NCBI GenBank assembly: GCA_000934665.2
Contig: KZ538059.1
Location: forward strand, 1 to 64,000
Length of the DNA: 64,000 nt
Origin: Catajapyx aquilonaris
Taxonomy: Eukaryota
Reading direction: 5' to 3'
Position numbers and translations under genes: made by a program. Below the pieces are notes generated by a model that had not been told where the DNA came from, did not search any database, and saw nothing but the letters and a program-made list of their open reading frames with translations. Below are positions 25,501 to 39,353 of this stretch, in pieces. The first letter of the stretch is position 1. Every line of letters begins with the position of its first letter.

Positions 25501-28500
25501 AAAAATAATCAATCTCTGGAGCAGTGACGTGCGGCGACAAAAAAAAACTGGCCAGAGTGAAATAAAAAAGCGGAACTGAAGCTTTAACTACATCTGTTGT
25601 CCAAATCAGGAGAAGTAACCGGAAAATAATGCATCAAACATGTGAAAAATAAGCTAGTATAAATACAAGGGTTAGTTTTTTATACAACAGAATGACATCA
25701 CAGCATGTTTTAATTGTGACTATTGCAGAACCCATACCATTTTACAATACACTGGACCATTCATAGCATATGTGCTATCACAATGACATCTTGCAATTCA
25801 TTTAATATATAATTACAACGATAGCACCATACAGATTTTTTCTTGGACCGAATGGTACATTGCAACATATTCCAGCCTGGTGTAAAGTTGAGCCAAAAAC
25901 AAAGCGCCCAAAAAGCATTTGATTTACAAACGATACTAGAGGGTACACACCAAACCGGGGAAGGTTGTGGCGAATGCAGGCCTAGCCAGTTTAATAAAAT
26001 AGTTCAACCGCCGTTTTGCATTGCGGACTGCTCCGATATGCGGTGTGGGGGGACTATCTCATTCCCTTTCCATTATGGTTAATTGCAAAACAAAGCAACA
26101 AGTGTTATGGAAGTTTAATAATGAAAATAGCCTCGTTTGGCAGCTGGTATTTTTCACCGCTGCTGCGTTCAAACGGCATCGCGATTATTTTTAATCTGCC
26201 AATTGGGCTCAATGTTTCCTGCAATTGGGACAATGTAGAGTGCTCGTCTCTCTTTACCGACCGTGCTGAAAGTGTGCACTTGACATTACGGATTATGTGG
26301 AGTATGTGTCATTTTACAGTATGCCTAATGCACCTGCAGTGTATATTCGCCCTCTGTTTGTGTACAACAAAATGCAGGAATGAATCATTTTCTGAATCGC
26401 AGAGAAAACTGAATGACGAACCGTTATACGCATGCAACATTTTGGCTTCACATTTTAACATAATGAACGAGTGTTCCACAATAGTAAGTCACTTTTGAAA
26501 AATGAGTCGATTTGCTTACTTGGCATAACTTCACTTAATATCAAAAAACTCGCCATCAATGTAACCGTTCGGATTTTGTGGTTTGTCACATTTGACGGTC
26601 CCGTTGCAAGAAAGCATTGCATCGGCCATAAAAAGGAAGCATAAAGTATCCCAGGAGGGTGTGACTTCGAACCGCATCAGAATGTGCAGCTGGCAATCCA
26701 TTTGGGACTGAAAGTGCTTGTAATGTGGTTACCGATAACATTTGTTGTAGTACACGCGAGTTGGAACATAAAAGTGTGGTCGTGGTATAATTGCCTCAAC
26801 TCTTAACCTCACGGAGTTCAATGGCGTTTCGGACAGCGGGCCAAAAGCGAGGCAATCCAGGCGAACAGGAAGTTGTAAATTCGCCAGGGAATTACATACA
26901 GTCATGCAAAGACCCTTCGGAAGCTCCTACTTTTAGTAACTCCGCAATTCCTCTACCATTGTTGAACAGTCTGCATAAACTCCTGGATCCAGTACTAACA
27001 ATCCAACTGATATGCAACTCCGACGGCCAGTATAAATGATGAACATTTCATTCCGGTTTTAGAAAATATCCTTGCTCCTATACTTCCCGTTGTAAAGGAG
27101 AGGCACTTGGGATGCATATGAGACAGGATAAGTTTACTTTCCGAAATGACTAAGATTGGCTATTGAAAGTTGCCTAACTAATTTCGTGCTAATTACTAAT
27201 TACTTTCGTATCATACTTTCGTATTGTAAGAAGAAGTATTACTTTCTGATGTACGCATTGACTGACACATGGCATGTTAAGACATTATTATGAGCTACGA
27301 CACTGACAACTGACGCTTTGCCTGATGACCGAGGAAAATGATCAATATTGTATTGTATTCCTGCTTTGTCCCGTCTAACTTGCAATATTCACAAACTTCG
27401 TGCTACCCCGCATGTGTGATGCGCCATTACAGTGTATGCTAAGAAATTCTATAAAAGATTTTTTTGCCGACTCCTTCCCTGCAAATCCGTCGCGTCAACC
27501 TACGGAAACTAAACTAAATCTGTATCCACAGTGGAAAAAAGCACCACTTGGTATTCAACTCACATTCACTTGGAAGAACCATCTCTTTCTGTCCATACTG
27601 ACGACCCCAAAACACCTCCCCATTTTCATCCACAGGGAGACTAGATAATGCTCCTAGTTCCACAGGCGCCCCCATCTCTACCGAAATATCTGGAAATACT
27701 AAGAAAAGGGCGGGGCATGACAGAATGAGTCCATTGGAAAAGGGACCTCGTACACAATAAAACAGATTCAGGGTTCCCTTGGCTCGCATTAGCTCTAAGA
27801 GCCTTATAGAAGCGATGTAAGCTGTTGGCATTTGGATGGAAAACCACTGCAGGGCCACCACTATTATGTATCCAGACACAAAATGGAAGGTTTGGGGCCC
27901 ATTCCGTCTCATTTTTTTTCTCCTAGAAAGTGTGTGTATGCAGGTGTGTATTTGCACATATACACTATATACACACACATAGGGAGGGATCCGGATCAAT
28001 AAGCTGAGGGTAGTGCGTGCAGGACGGTATTCCAAATGCAGGGGCGCTAGGAAAAGGGGCAGAGAAAGGCTTGTTTGCCCATTGCCCGCACATCGTCGAA
28101 AACTTTAGCGGGAAAAAGGATTTTGAATGGGAGATTTATTGTTTCCAACTTGTTTTATGGAGACATAAATTTCCCCAAATCGTTTTGTTCGTTTCAGGGG
28201 GTGGGAGAGAAAGTGACGGCATGGAGGAAAAATAATGGTGACGGAAAAAATAACAACAGGGGCGGAAATGAAGCGGGAGCTCGTAGTAGGTGGTCTCTGA
28301 CGGTCGGAATATTTTATGTCACTTTTTAGAAATTTTCTCAGCCGAACGCTTTGATCCGACACATTCAGCGAAAATCGATTAAAATACGACATTCCTGAAT
28401 GTATAAATTCCAGGAAGGTATCAGTGTAATGTAACTTCTCGTTTTCCGGTCGGCTACGGAAACGAGGGCTGATGACGGTTATCTGGTCCGCCTTGACATG

Positions 28501-29769
28501 GCAGCACCTTTTTCCTTCCTGCCACTGAGCCTCCAAGACTGATACGGCTCAACGGAAGACACTTATCTCCAGAGGAGTTTAAAAAAAAAAGAAAGAGAGA
28601 GGAGAGAAATCTTAAGGCAAGGCTATGTCTTCGCTATTGTACTCTACCGCACTCCTGCAGTCAGGACGGAGAAAGGAACGAAAGACACTGTTCGATCGAT
28701 CTGGCCTAAGTCAGGAACTGACCTTGTGGAGGTGTGAGCCGAAAGTCAGGGCAATGCTACATCTGGCGGTGGCGTCTGCAAGACTGTCAGGTGGTGACAG
28801 CCGTCATTTAAGAGCTACATGCACTGTACGTAACCAGGGGCAGTGCACAGTGACAGGACATTTTGTGGCCAGTCACGCCCAGTTAATGATATAATGACCG
28901 CGTACACCTAGTGTTTCCATGAGCCTACCTATAAGTCCCAAGTCCCACCACTCAAATCCCGCATACGGGCGTGCGTGGAAACACACTGGCACAAGGTTCA
29001 AATCCTGTGGGGGATGGATAGGGGGGATGAGCGACACTGGCTTGTACCTATAGTGTAACCTGTGCCGTAACAGTGGCCTATATACGGTATAATACCATCT
29101 GCTCTAAGTATTAAATCCGTCCATTAATTAACTAAAAACAATATCCTTGCGCGGTGGGGAGAACACAGTTCCTCCTGTACTTCTGCTCTCCATTGTATGC
29201 CCAGAATTATTACATATGAAAACATGAAATTCACGATAAGAGTCACAATTTTGGTCGAAAATTGGTTAAGACATTGGGTCTATCTAGAGGTCAATTCAGT
29301 ACTGGTAGAGCTGTAATTGTGTCCATTCAGGAGAAATGTTTGAAAATCGAAGGTCCATGTGACGAATATACTGACATACTCGTATATCAAGTCTATAGCT
29401 GGGAGACGTTTCTTAGCCATTTTGTCTTTCTTGAAACTGTGGTCTGGCACAGCAGCTCGTGTATGACTTGCAGTGCACAGGAGCTCCGGTCGGCTGCGGA
29501 GTTTCCAGTCTCATCTCGTGGTCGATGATGCATGGCAATGCCAGAATAATCCCAGGCCTAAGCCATGGAGGATCAAGGGCCCTGCCTCCCGTCTGAACTT
29601 GCAGCCATTCGTGAAGAATAATTGCCAATAATATGTATCTACCAACGGGGCTCGCTCAGACGTTGGGACCATAACCGAAGCGAGAGGTGTATCTCCCATT
29701 GTGGATGTAATCACCCTTGGATTTGATAATGTACGCTTCTCGTTAGGTGTTGCTAAACACCACCTTTCA

Positions 29770-30089
29770 TGGCTGTGTTACTTACGTACTTGAAAGGGGA
29801 ACAGGACACTAACACCGAATAATTCTGCGGGGAAACCAAACCCAGGTTATGGTGCCCCGTCCGTGCCATAATTCCGCCAATGTCAAGTGAAAGTGCCATA
29901 ACTGCATTCATTATCAGTATGAATTGGTGTATTAACCTGGATGGAATAATATGAGAGCGAAAGTAATGCACAGACATGAACTTGAGCAAACGAACTTTGC
30001 ATTTTCAAATATTGCTTTATCCATTCTCTTAGTGTATATTTGTCTCTCGCCGCCATATTCCAAATTGGTTTAAACGAACTGCTTGTCAT
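29770..30089 (-). mobile_element. Eroded LINE reverse transcriptase fragment (CR1/L2/Jockey-like)
   Basis: LREWIKQYLKMQSSFAQV (like LxWIKSYLxxRxQxVxV), then in a shifted frame SPQNYSVL...FKYVSN (like GVPQGSVL...FxxYxND). Confidence 0.42.
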
Positions 30090-32719
30090 TGAAAAATTTA
30101 GAGCAAAACGGCCGTAAAAAGTCTATGGTATGGTCCGGGGCATAATTTTTAAAATAATATACCATACCATGCTGAACACATAAACACGTCGAAATAAGAA
30201 TTCTGCGTGTTATTATATGTAGAAATGGTATTGTTTAGCATTGAAATATGAGGCCATGATCAAACTGTCTGGAAACAAGAGTAGAACGAAAGGAGGCCCC
30301 CATGAATACTCCCTTTAGTCCCTTGTGTAAATAAACCTGTGGGGCATCCTGGTGTCCTGTTGTTTCCAGTATCATGTGAGCCTCACTCCATCTATCAATA
30401 TTGTACGATAATATTTCGCCAAACTACAAAGCGCGCCCATGTACATAATTCCCTGTGTTTACATTTTCCAAAAATAAAGCAATTAACATGATTTATGTTC
30501 TAATCCACGCATATAATTAATAAAATAATAATAACAATAGTTGGATAGTCTACGCGTATGAAATGTTTTGAAACATACTTTAAGCATTGTTGGTTCAAAG
30601 CACAGGGCCGCACTTTCAGATAATTAACTTTTTTCTTTGCCGTTTTTGTACGCATCATCTGGGAATAGCTATGGCCAGAAACACCAGTTATCCCTTTTTC
30701 TTCAATTTCCTCCGAGAAAATCTCCAAGCGCCCCATCTACTCTCATGCACTTTTAATGCTCGGTAAAGACTTTTCTTCTCCCAACTGAAAACACTAGCCC
30801 CTTTACCTCTAAATCACGAAGGATTGGCCCTGCCAGACTCTTGTTGTACGCCAAGCAACTCTGGTAGAAAAAAAAATTGAGGTTTCGCTTCATAATTAAT
30901 TCCCTCCGGAGGAAATGTACGCAATTGTTTATCAAAGCGGAGGACTGCCAGCCAAAAAGACTGGCTTAAATAATCATGCAACTATCGTCGTTCTACACAA
31001 TAGTGCTTCAGCTTGTTGCGTAAATAATGAACCCATAGGGATAGTTCAAGGGAAAAGTAACAGTGTAAAAGGAAGTTCACATTACAACGTTATTTTCGGG
31101 ATGGATCACGTCAAATATAACGGCTAGAACACGCCCTACCTCAACTATCAGTTACAGGCACAGAAATAGTTCAGCATAAAATGAACTTTACGGTGTGGCC
31201 ATATAATTTAGAGCAAAAAGAGAGGAGGGCAAAACCACCAGATCTTTCTATTATGGCGAATGTGCAATTATAAAGTCATGATTATAACCAATGGTAATAT
31301 AGTTATGAGAAGTCTAAACTGACGTACTCATCTGCTGTGAAGCGTCCTGCATTTAGGCACCCCACCCCCACCCCCAAAAAACCAACCTTGATCGATTATT
31401 AAAATCGACCCTTGGATATCATCACCGAGACGGCTTCGCTGGGGGCCATTCTGAAACTGATGTGATAATTATTGTCCGATCAAGCGAAGCCGTTTGGAGA
31501 TAACCGAGTGTCCATTATAAAGTATAACAATGCAGTACTTGGCCCAGTAGATGAAATGGGGCGCGTGTAATTATACAATATCGTGCGGGGAAGCGCCATG
31601 ATAATGTGCAATTTATGCAGGATGGAGAGAGAATTGCAAAACCTCTCGTTCTGAATTTTACGCCTGGCGTTTCGGTGTGTCCTGCACCAGAGGCTGCATT
31701 TTCATGGTTGCATTAGCACTCGTATGTTCATCTGACTGAGAAAACTAGTATGCATACCTTCTAACATTTCTTACACCTGAATCTGCATATCACACCTGAA
31801 TCACACCCAGATCATCTTCTAATATTTTGCAATCAACCCATGTTAAAGAGCACCTACACTGTTATGATTGCCTCCCAGTGCCGCGGGCGAAACAATCATT
31901 CACATTATGCAGACCAAGTCGTATTATCATTGCATGTCGTAGGTTCATAACCAATATGGCAATACCATTTAATTAGGGTATTTGATGAGCACCAGCGCAC
32001 AGCATGTTTCACGACGATTGGGCTTGGTAATAATTACCCGCATTTGGCATCATTTATTTTTCGGAGGGTAAATCCCAGTAATGGAACATTGGCATCGAAA
32101 TTCTTAATTGAGCACTGCAGTAGATCCTAGAACATATAGGTCTAAAGAAAAACCGTTCGTCCGAGGAAGAAAAAGTGGGTCCATCTGTGTTAGAGTAACA
32201 GGTCATCCCCAAGTTGTAGAAGCCACGGCTAATCTTCTCTGTGCCCCAAAGTTTTCTGGTAAGATTTTTTCCCCATTTTTTTTCTCAGGCCTTCATCCCA
32301 ACCCTCCAATTCCATCCCCCCTTTCCCCCATTTCTCTCTGACCGTGGCGAAAATCAATTGTGAGCACATCGCGTCGGATTTTGATTGATCGAGCGAAGGG
32401 AAAAGCCGGTAATGCGAAGCCAGGTCCTGGGCAAACCTTTTAACCCATTACACGTGGGGTTCCTGTGAAACAAAAGGGAAAAGAGCCTAGACCTAGAGAT
32501 AGTTTTTAAACAAAATTTATATATACGAGCCAAAGGGGTGATCTATCCCTCACAACTTTCAAGGAGTGATTGGGTCACTTTACCAAGCATGATAGGCCAA
32601 CTGGGCCTCCGATCAATCCAAGTGGCGATTTTTCTTCCAGGAGAGATTATACATAGAAAAAAAGGGCAAAGCGAGAAGCCTCGTGAATGTTTCAGAGAGA
32701 GCTAACGGTTGAAGCTTCC

Positions 32720-33330
32720 TAGCCCAGCCGCGATTTATGGTGGAAAGCGCCAAGTGCGTCACGTGGGAAAAGAGGACATTCCTCATTGGGATATTGGGGA
32801 GCTCCAGCTAATGTCGGGGAGGAGAGGTTAGAGAGGGGTGAGGCTGAAAAATGGCCCTCATTTTGCATGCCAGGTATAATCGGCCAGTCATGCTCCTTGT
32901 TGGAGCCCACTTTAACACCGCTGCGCTTGCCTTTCCTTCATCCACTCTATTACTACTTTTTCCAGGGCGGACGTGAGGTCGCTGCGCACCATCCGCCATG
33001 TTGGGTAGTCCGTTCGGTACAATGGTGGTCTTCCAGTTAACGTCATCATTACCTTCCGCGGGTTCCCATTATAACTTTACTGTATGGATATCACTCACCC
33101 ACCCGGAGCTTCATCTTCCGGAACTTATTTTTGCCACGGGTCGGATGGACTCCGGCCCATTGCTGTCTTCATCCTTCTTTTCGAATATCGATTCTAGGTT
33201 TTCTGCCGGATTAGAGGCGGGAAAGAGATCCGGGTGCTCCGCAATTTTGGCTCTCTTTAGCGTGCTAAATTTGCGTCTCCCTCCCAAAAAACAAGTGGAA
33301 ACAGTGTCGGCTCCGTGAAAGGGGAGAATG
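32720..33330 (-). mobile_element. Eroded LINE reverse transcriptase fragment
   Basis: Colinear HGADTVSTCFL (like PGxDGISxxFL), LFPAS...SIFEKKD...PESIRPVAKISS (like FPxxW...IFKKGD...PxNYRPISLLS), AQRPHVRPGKSS (like QxGFRPGxST), LYLACKMRAIFQPHPSL (like FLDxxKAFDxVxHxxL). Confidence 0.55.
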
Positions 33331-35139
33331 TTGTTGTTGTTGTTGCAATCCTGAGGGAGTTCCGCTTTAATACTAGGGCATCTGTCCCGTCGCTGATGGA
33401 GGAAGCTTTTGGACTAAGCCAAGCTAACGGGTATACTTCAACTAGCGTTCATTCTGCTTTATTGTTGGCTGTGGGACGGGGGCTTGTCCATTCCCACCCA
33501 CAAAACCTGACGATTGGTTCTACATCTGACACACCACTTGATTTGCCGCATCACTGCCACCTTATTTGAGTACGCACAGTGTCGTGTTAAAAGGTATGGT
33601 CATGCGGTACTAACTGGACAATAGGTCAGTCAAATTAGAGATTTTGACATAAACAGGCCGTTTTTTGTGAGTAAGAGAAGCATATACCGACGGTTTTTCT
33701 TTGGAATTCCTGATGTTCTTTGTTTGAAAGAGGACCCATGTTCTGCTCCAATTCTAGCCACTTACTAGATATCGTAGTGTCCAAACTTCAATGGCATGCC
33801 AACCGTTAGCAAAATCGCCAACGACTTTCTTTTGGGGTTACAAGATGACTATGATGAAAGCTACGTACAGCTAAAAATGACCAAAGGTAGACAGAAATGT
33901 CGGCTCGAGATTAACTTGCTCACATTTCACATGACAACTGGGCATGAAATGTGCGGTGGGTGTTTGAGAAATCATTATTATCTCCTGGTTCCACAGCCGC
34001 TGTGATGTAAACCACGGTGGTCAGGTATATGAGAATATGGCATTATTCATTTCATGACTGGCTCATTTCATTAGGATCTCTAACAATACACAGATAGTCA
34101 TATAAAACAAGTTAACGATTATGTTATGAAAATTTTCTGCTAGCATATTTCTATTCAGGGTGCTCAGTAACACGGGAATCGCTTCAGGTATAGACCGATA
34201 TCCCGTGGCTTATTTTTACAGTGAGTCCAAAATACTCTACCACGCATCATTTTTAGAATCGAGATTTAATTACGTCGCGGCGCGCGGGGAAATTAAGTTT
34301 GGATTCTGTTAGTATTGGCAGTATAGGAAATATCCAGCGGGCCTACCAACCATGAAGCAAGGATGCTAAATATGTACAGAGTACAGGATGTTTTTTTTAA
34401 ATACCCCAAGGCATAAGGTACTGTAGGTCCCACCCACTACCTTATCTGAATGCAGCCCACTCCGATCACCCACCGTAACTGAATGTGATATGAAGCTAAG
34501 AAAGATGCGAAGTTGTCATATGCCAAGCACTTGACAGTGTGACACAGGGATATCCGAAAATAATTGTGGGAACAATATTGGAACAACGTAAGAAGTTGCA
34601 GACTACAGGGCAAGGAATCGTCCTACCCGAACCTAACCATGTATTAAAGATAAGCTGCGGTTATAGTTGTATTGGCTGTTGCTATTTTTCAAGAATTAAC
34701 AGAAAATAGTTTGGCTATGGGTGCGACATCACAGATTGAAAATGGCTAGTACTAGTCTACCTATATAGCAGAAGCTCTAGTGATAATGGAATAAGATCTG
34801 CTTTGTCCACACGTCCCGTCGTTGACAATCAATAAACAATAATTTCCGCGGTTGCATTTACATTGTCAGTTACAGGGCAGTGGGCGCTGATTCCCCATGC
34901 ATCAATTCAAGTGACCAGTGAAGTTACTTATCAACGCAGGTATGCGTGCTATGCCTCATTGGACTCATTAAGAACTATTGAATGTTGCATAGTATGTAAC
35001 TCCATAATAATTGGTTAATTACAACACATAACTTGTGGCATTCCATCTATATTGGTGCGGCCATGTATTTAACGTAACGTATTACCGCATATACCGTGTG
35101 TGCTTTTGGGATCAAAGTGTTACCTTCGGATCTCGCCTG

Positions 35140-35400
35140 CAGGCTTTTCTCAAACAGGTTGAAAGCTTCTATATCAACAAAGCTGTTGTGCGGTTGAGAA
35201 GGAGCCTGCACAAGGGGTTAATCGGGAACACAGAGCATGTGAAGTCAATAGCCTGGCATAAAAGCGATAACCCATCCACAGTGGGGGTTAGTGGTGGGGC
35301 GGAGGGTGCGAAAGAAATCCATAAGGCTTCCACTCAGAAACCTTTGATAAAATATGCAGAAAGCCGGAGCTGCCATGGACGGGCCCAATCGGTACGTATT
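35140..35400 (+). mobile_element. Eroded LINE reverse transcriptase fragment
   Basis: LKQVESFYINKAVVRL (like IxxIESLYxNxxAxVR) and LIKYAES (like LxYADD) at plausible spacing. Confidence 0.3.
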
Positions 35401-36906
35401 ATCAGAAGAAAATATGAGCCAACCAGAATTGGCGGAAACTTCAGCATTGTGAGAGGGATGAACTCCTTGAGGGGGATAATTTAGGACATTCCCAACATGT
35501 CTAAACCAACTGGGCCGTCTCCAGGAAAAAGGAAATGAAGAAGACGGAGAAGCAAAAGGCAAGGATTTTCTTCCCTCCCCTAGAAAGGCTTTATTCCGTT
35601 TCGACGAGCGACATGCAAAATCCCTCCCCGTCATTCGCTTATCTGTAATTGTAAATTAGACTTCGTTATGACATAACCTACATAAGGCAATTTCATCTCC
35701 TAAAGTGGGAAGTCAAGTTTGCAAAATCACACGCCTACTCGATGAACCAAACGCTTGTTGGAATTAACGACTAACGTTCAAGTGAGATAAACGCTCCTGT
35801 TAAATCCGATAGGAAATGAGACGCTTTTCGCATTAACGTACATGTAGAAACTCTGCACCATCCCACAGCATTTTCCAAAATAAGGGAGGCTTTTCTCCTA
35901 AAAGGTTCATTCCTGCACTCCTGTAAAATCTGTCCCGACCGTTATCATTTCGGGAGCTAAAAAGGCACAACATCCGCATCGGAACTGCCGACATCCTATG
36001 CACTTTAGACCGCAGCACTTGGCCCATCTCAGCATCTCCCAACTTTAGCATCCGTCCCCATCCTCAGCATCCCCTCTTAACAAAAGAGGGGGGACCTGGT
36101 ACAAGAAGAGACGCGGAAGCAATCCATCCACTACTAGTTAGGTGTGGAAGCGGAGGAGAGAAGAAAAAAAAAGCCCGGCTGGGTTTCATCAATCATTAAG
36201 CTGGGAAAGCAAAGGGACTGAATCGGTGAAAGGCTCGTTGGAGCTTGCTTTTCTTCACCTTCTTCAAGCAAAAGGCAGTGGGGATATATCTTAGCCTAGA
36301 GCAGCTCTTGTGCTAAGTCAAAACACAATAAGTAGCATTTCCTGATCATTTGGTCTTATCAGACTGTATAGTGTGCAGGCATGCATGCTGTAGATCGCCC
36401 CCAATATGTGTGATCCATCGTTATTATTATTGACCTTATTCATCATCAAAAGTCATGTGATGATGAGCAACCTGCCAGGTTGATTCACATGGTACCAAGG
36501 ATCTAATGGCCTAATTTTTATTAACCTTCACTCTCATATTATTGATTGTTTAAGGAAGTTTAATCTTTTTGTAGAGAGCACCTAATCCGTTAATCACCTT
36601 GAGAGGTTGGCAACTCAATCCACTTCATGACTTTTTGGACAGCCTGGTAGCTTCTAGAACTCAATTCAACAATAAAGACCAGTTCATGGTGGACTGGTCC
36701 ATTCATATTTCTCTTCAGATTTTTATCAAAAAAACCAAACAGAGCAGTTAAAAATATTATGTAGAGTTCACAACATACGTTTCAGCACGAGTTCCTATTT
36801 TTTTGCAATAAGGAAGGTGATAAGGCCCTTGACGCCCTCCCCTTTTCCATTCACACCCCACCGATTCAACCGATGAGCATCGATCCAACCTATCGATTGA
36901 TCTTTT

Positions 36907-37027
36907 CCTCCCTCCCTCCCTCCCTCCCTCCCTCCCTCCCTCNNNNNNNNNNNNNNNNNNNNNNNNNNNNNNNNNNNNNNNNNNNNNNNNNNNNNNNNNN
37001 NNNNNNNNNNNNNNNNNNNNNNNNNNN
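36907..37027. repeat. (CCCT)n microsatellite running into an 85-N assembly gap
   Basis: cctc repeats at 36907-36942; N run at 36943-37027. Confidence 0.97.
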
Positions 37028-38239
37028 GGCCTGAACTAAGACAAATCGCGCCGGCGTCACGAAAAGTTCTACCCCCATTGGACACCCCCATCCCAACCAT
37101 TCAGCCCACCCCCACCCACCTCTTTTTTTACCTTCAATATTTATTCATCGATTACTACTTGAAAAATGATTCAAGCACCGTTTCTGGCCATATGGGCGAG
37201 TGTTTCAGTGTAGCCCAGGGAAGCTGGGAAATGGTGACGTCATAATTCGTGGGCTGTATTTGTGGGAGTAGCGACATCACCGGATATCCAGTGAACTGAT
37301 TCATTTTGTTCGCGACTATCCCTCTCTTTTGGCTCTTTTTTGAAGAATGTCGTAGAGTAAGCAGTGTCGACAGGCGTCGTCAAGTGCGGGATTAGTCCTA
37401 AGCTCGGCCGGATTACTCCTCGGCGGGTCATGAACAGGAGTTGAATAGCTGAATAAACATTCTACCTTTTTTTCCCAGAAAAAATACCTCCCTGTTTGTC
37501 ATGGAATGCGCGTACCTCATTACCATGAAAAGGCGCGCTACCCTAACCTTTAACTTCACGTGTCACATGGCAATAAGTCCGCTTGCATACTCGCATTCAC
37601 AAAACCGCTTCAAGCGATCTGCAGTTAAGCTTGTTTATATTGTTTTTGCACTTGATAATGCGAAAGGTTAAAAAATCGAGCCCTGTGCTTTTGTGTGGCA
37701 GCGAACAATCAAGCCTAATTACTGGGCACGCTGACTAAACAATTAAACGCGCCGTGTGAAAGGGTTACTGTTGAGACCAACGGCCGATATCTATGCCATC
37801 GTAGTTCTACTACATCGGGCTTTGAAAAAAAATTGGCGTATGGGGCGGGAGGGGGGAGGGCTGCGTAATTGTGCTAATAGCTATATGTGAATGTCAACAC
37901 GTGTAAACCATATCTGCCAATCTGTGTTGCCACAAGCGTTGTGCCATTTGCATCCCGGGAGATAACCTGGTCCGTGACATTGTTGCATTTGTTTCATAGC
38001 GTGACAGCTTAAATTTTATGTCACAATAACGGGTGTCAAAATAACTTCAAGTGCTAGTGAATTCAATTGTTTGCTCTATTGTACAGGATATCCTCCAGCA
38101 GAAGCCCTTCAGTTATATAAGTTACGGTATCAAGTTTTACAAAATAATAGGAGCATAGTTCATATTTTTTACATCTACATTTTATACTTTTTTGAGTCAA
38201 CTATTATATTCACCCTGTAGCTATTATTGTTGCAAAGTA

Positions 38240-38446
38240 CAGGGTGGTCCAAGTTCAAGTGTCGTTTTATAACGGCGATTAATAGCAGTGATTTTGCGAT
38301 GATGTAGCAGCGACGCGTAAAATGTCCCACTTCGGCGCATCTTCGGCGCAATCGAAATGGGCAATTTTACACGTCGCTGCTACGTCATCGTTAAGCGCTT
38401 CTATTAATCGCCGTTATAAAACGACACTTGAACTTGGACCACCCTG
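38240..38446. mobile_element. Tc1/mariner-type MITE, 207 bp, almost fully palindromic, TA target duplication
   Basis: TA|cagggtgg ... ccaccctg|TA. Perfect 46-bp TIRs (38240-38285 and 38401-38446); imperfect inverted match continues nearly to the centre. Confidence 0.92.
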
Positions 38447-38619
38447 TATATTTTGAGCAACTGTTATCAAACTTGAATAGCATCTAATATGTTTCTTAGG
38501 CGTCTCATGTCAGAATATACCGCATAGTTGAATAATGCATACCGAATACGTATACGCCTAATTTTGTGAATTGCAAACCTTCCCTTAACTTCACATTTTA
38601 AAGTACATATTGAATCGAG

Positions 38620-38860
38620 TCATAATTTGCTAAGACGGCGCCCCATATAAAATAGGCATCTGGTGCATTCCGTGCTCCAGCTTGCAGACCACGTTTTCCA
38701 TACACTCCGGAAGGCTTCATCCGGCAGGAAAGTTATGTTCTTCGCAGCAGTTTTACACCCCACTTTGTGCCAGATAAGAAGTGGTGGCCGTAAAAGCTCG
38801 GGATTAAAACCATCAACAAGAGGACAATCCGACTGTAACTCCCCGTTGTCCATATTCGGG
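38620..38860 (-). mobile_element. Eroded Tc1/mariner transposase C-terminal fragment
   Basis: CPLVDGFNPELL...IWHKVGCKTAAKNITFL...VWKTWSA...RRLS resembles WPPxSPDLNPxD..IWxxLExKACxxxH...W...RRL of DD37D/DD34E transposases. Confidence 0.35.
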
Positions 38861-39353
38861 AATGATGCCAGATGAATCAAAGGCTGAGCCTGGGTTGACA
38901 TCCATGAATCATGAGCAGAATTCTAGGAGGGAAGGGATCATGAAGGAATCATGAAGAACTGATGAAGCGACTTCACTCAGGCACGCAACTAGTCCAAAAC
39001 AAGCTAAATTGCAGTTCCAGTGCGCCGCCAATGACACTTTACCGATGGCCGTCGTGCGACACGCAACGCCATTGCCTAGGAAACCATTGCACCACCTAAT
39101 AATGTCAATTGCTGGGATGTCCGTTGGGATAGCCTAAATTATTATTTTTCTTTTACGACAACTCTACGAAGGACGCTCCTTACCAACACGAGAAAACAGT
39201 TTCTAAACTATGCGATGTGTGACCGAATTTCTGATCAGGACTAGTCCTCCAATTTTTCCCAGGGACTTTGACCCACTGAATGAATCGTGCTTTATTGTCC
39301 CATTGTCGTGGAAGTGTCAACAATATGGCTGCTCAGCACTATCTTATCAGAGA

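Noticed and set aside
32108..32240. LINE RT fragment from VRVTGHPQ (like VTSGVPQ)
   Set aside because: Only one weak motif, with no colinear support downstream.
36795..37100. ORFs with REGG repeats
   Set aside because: Artefacts of the (CCCT)n microsatellite and the N gap.
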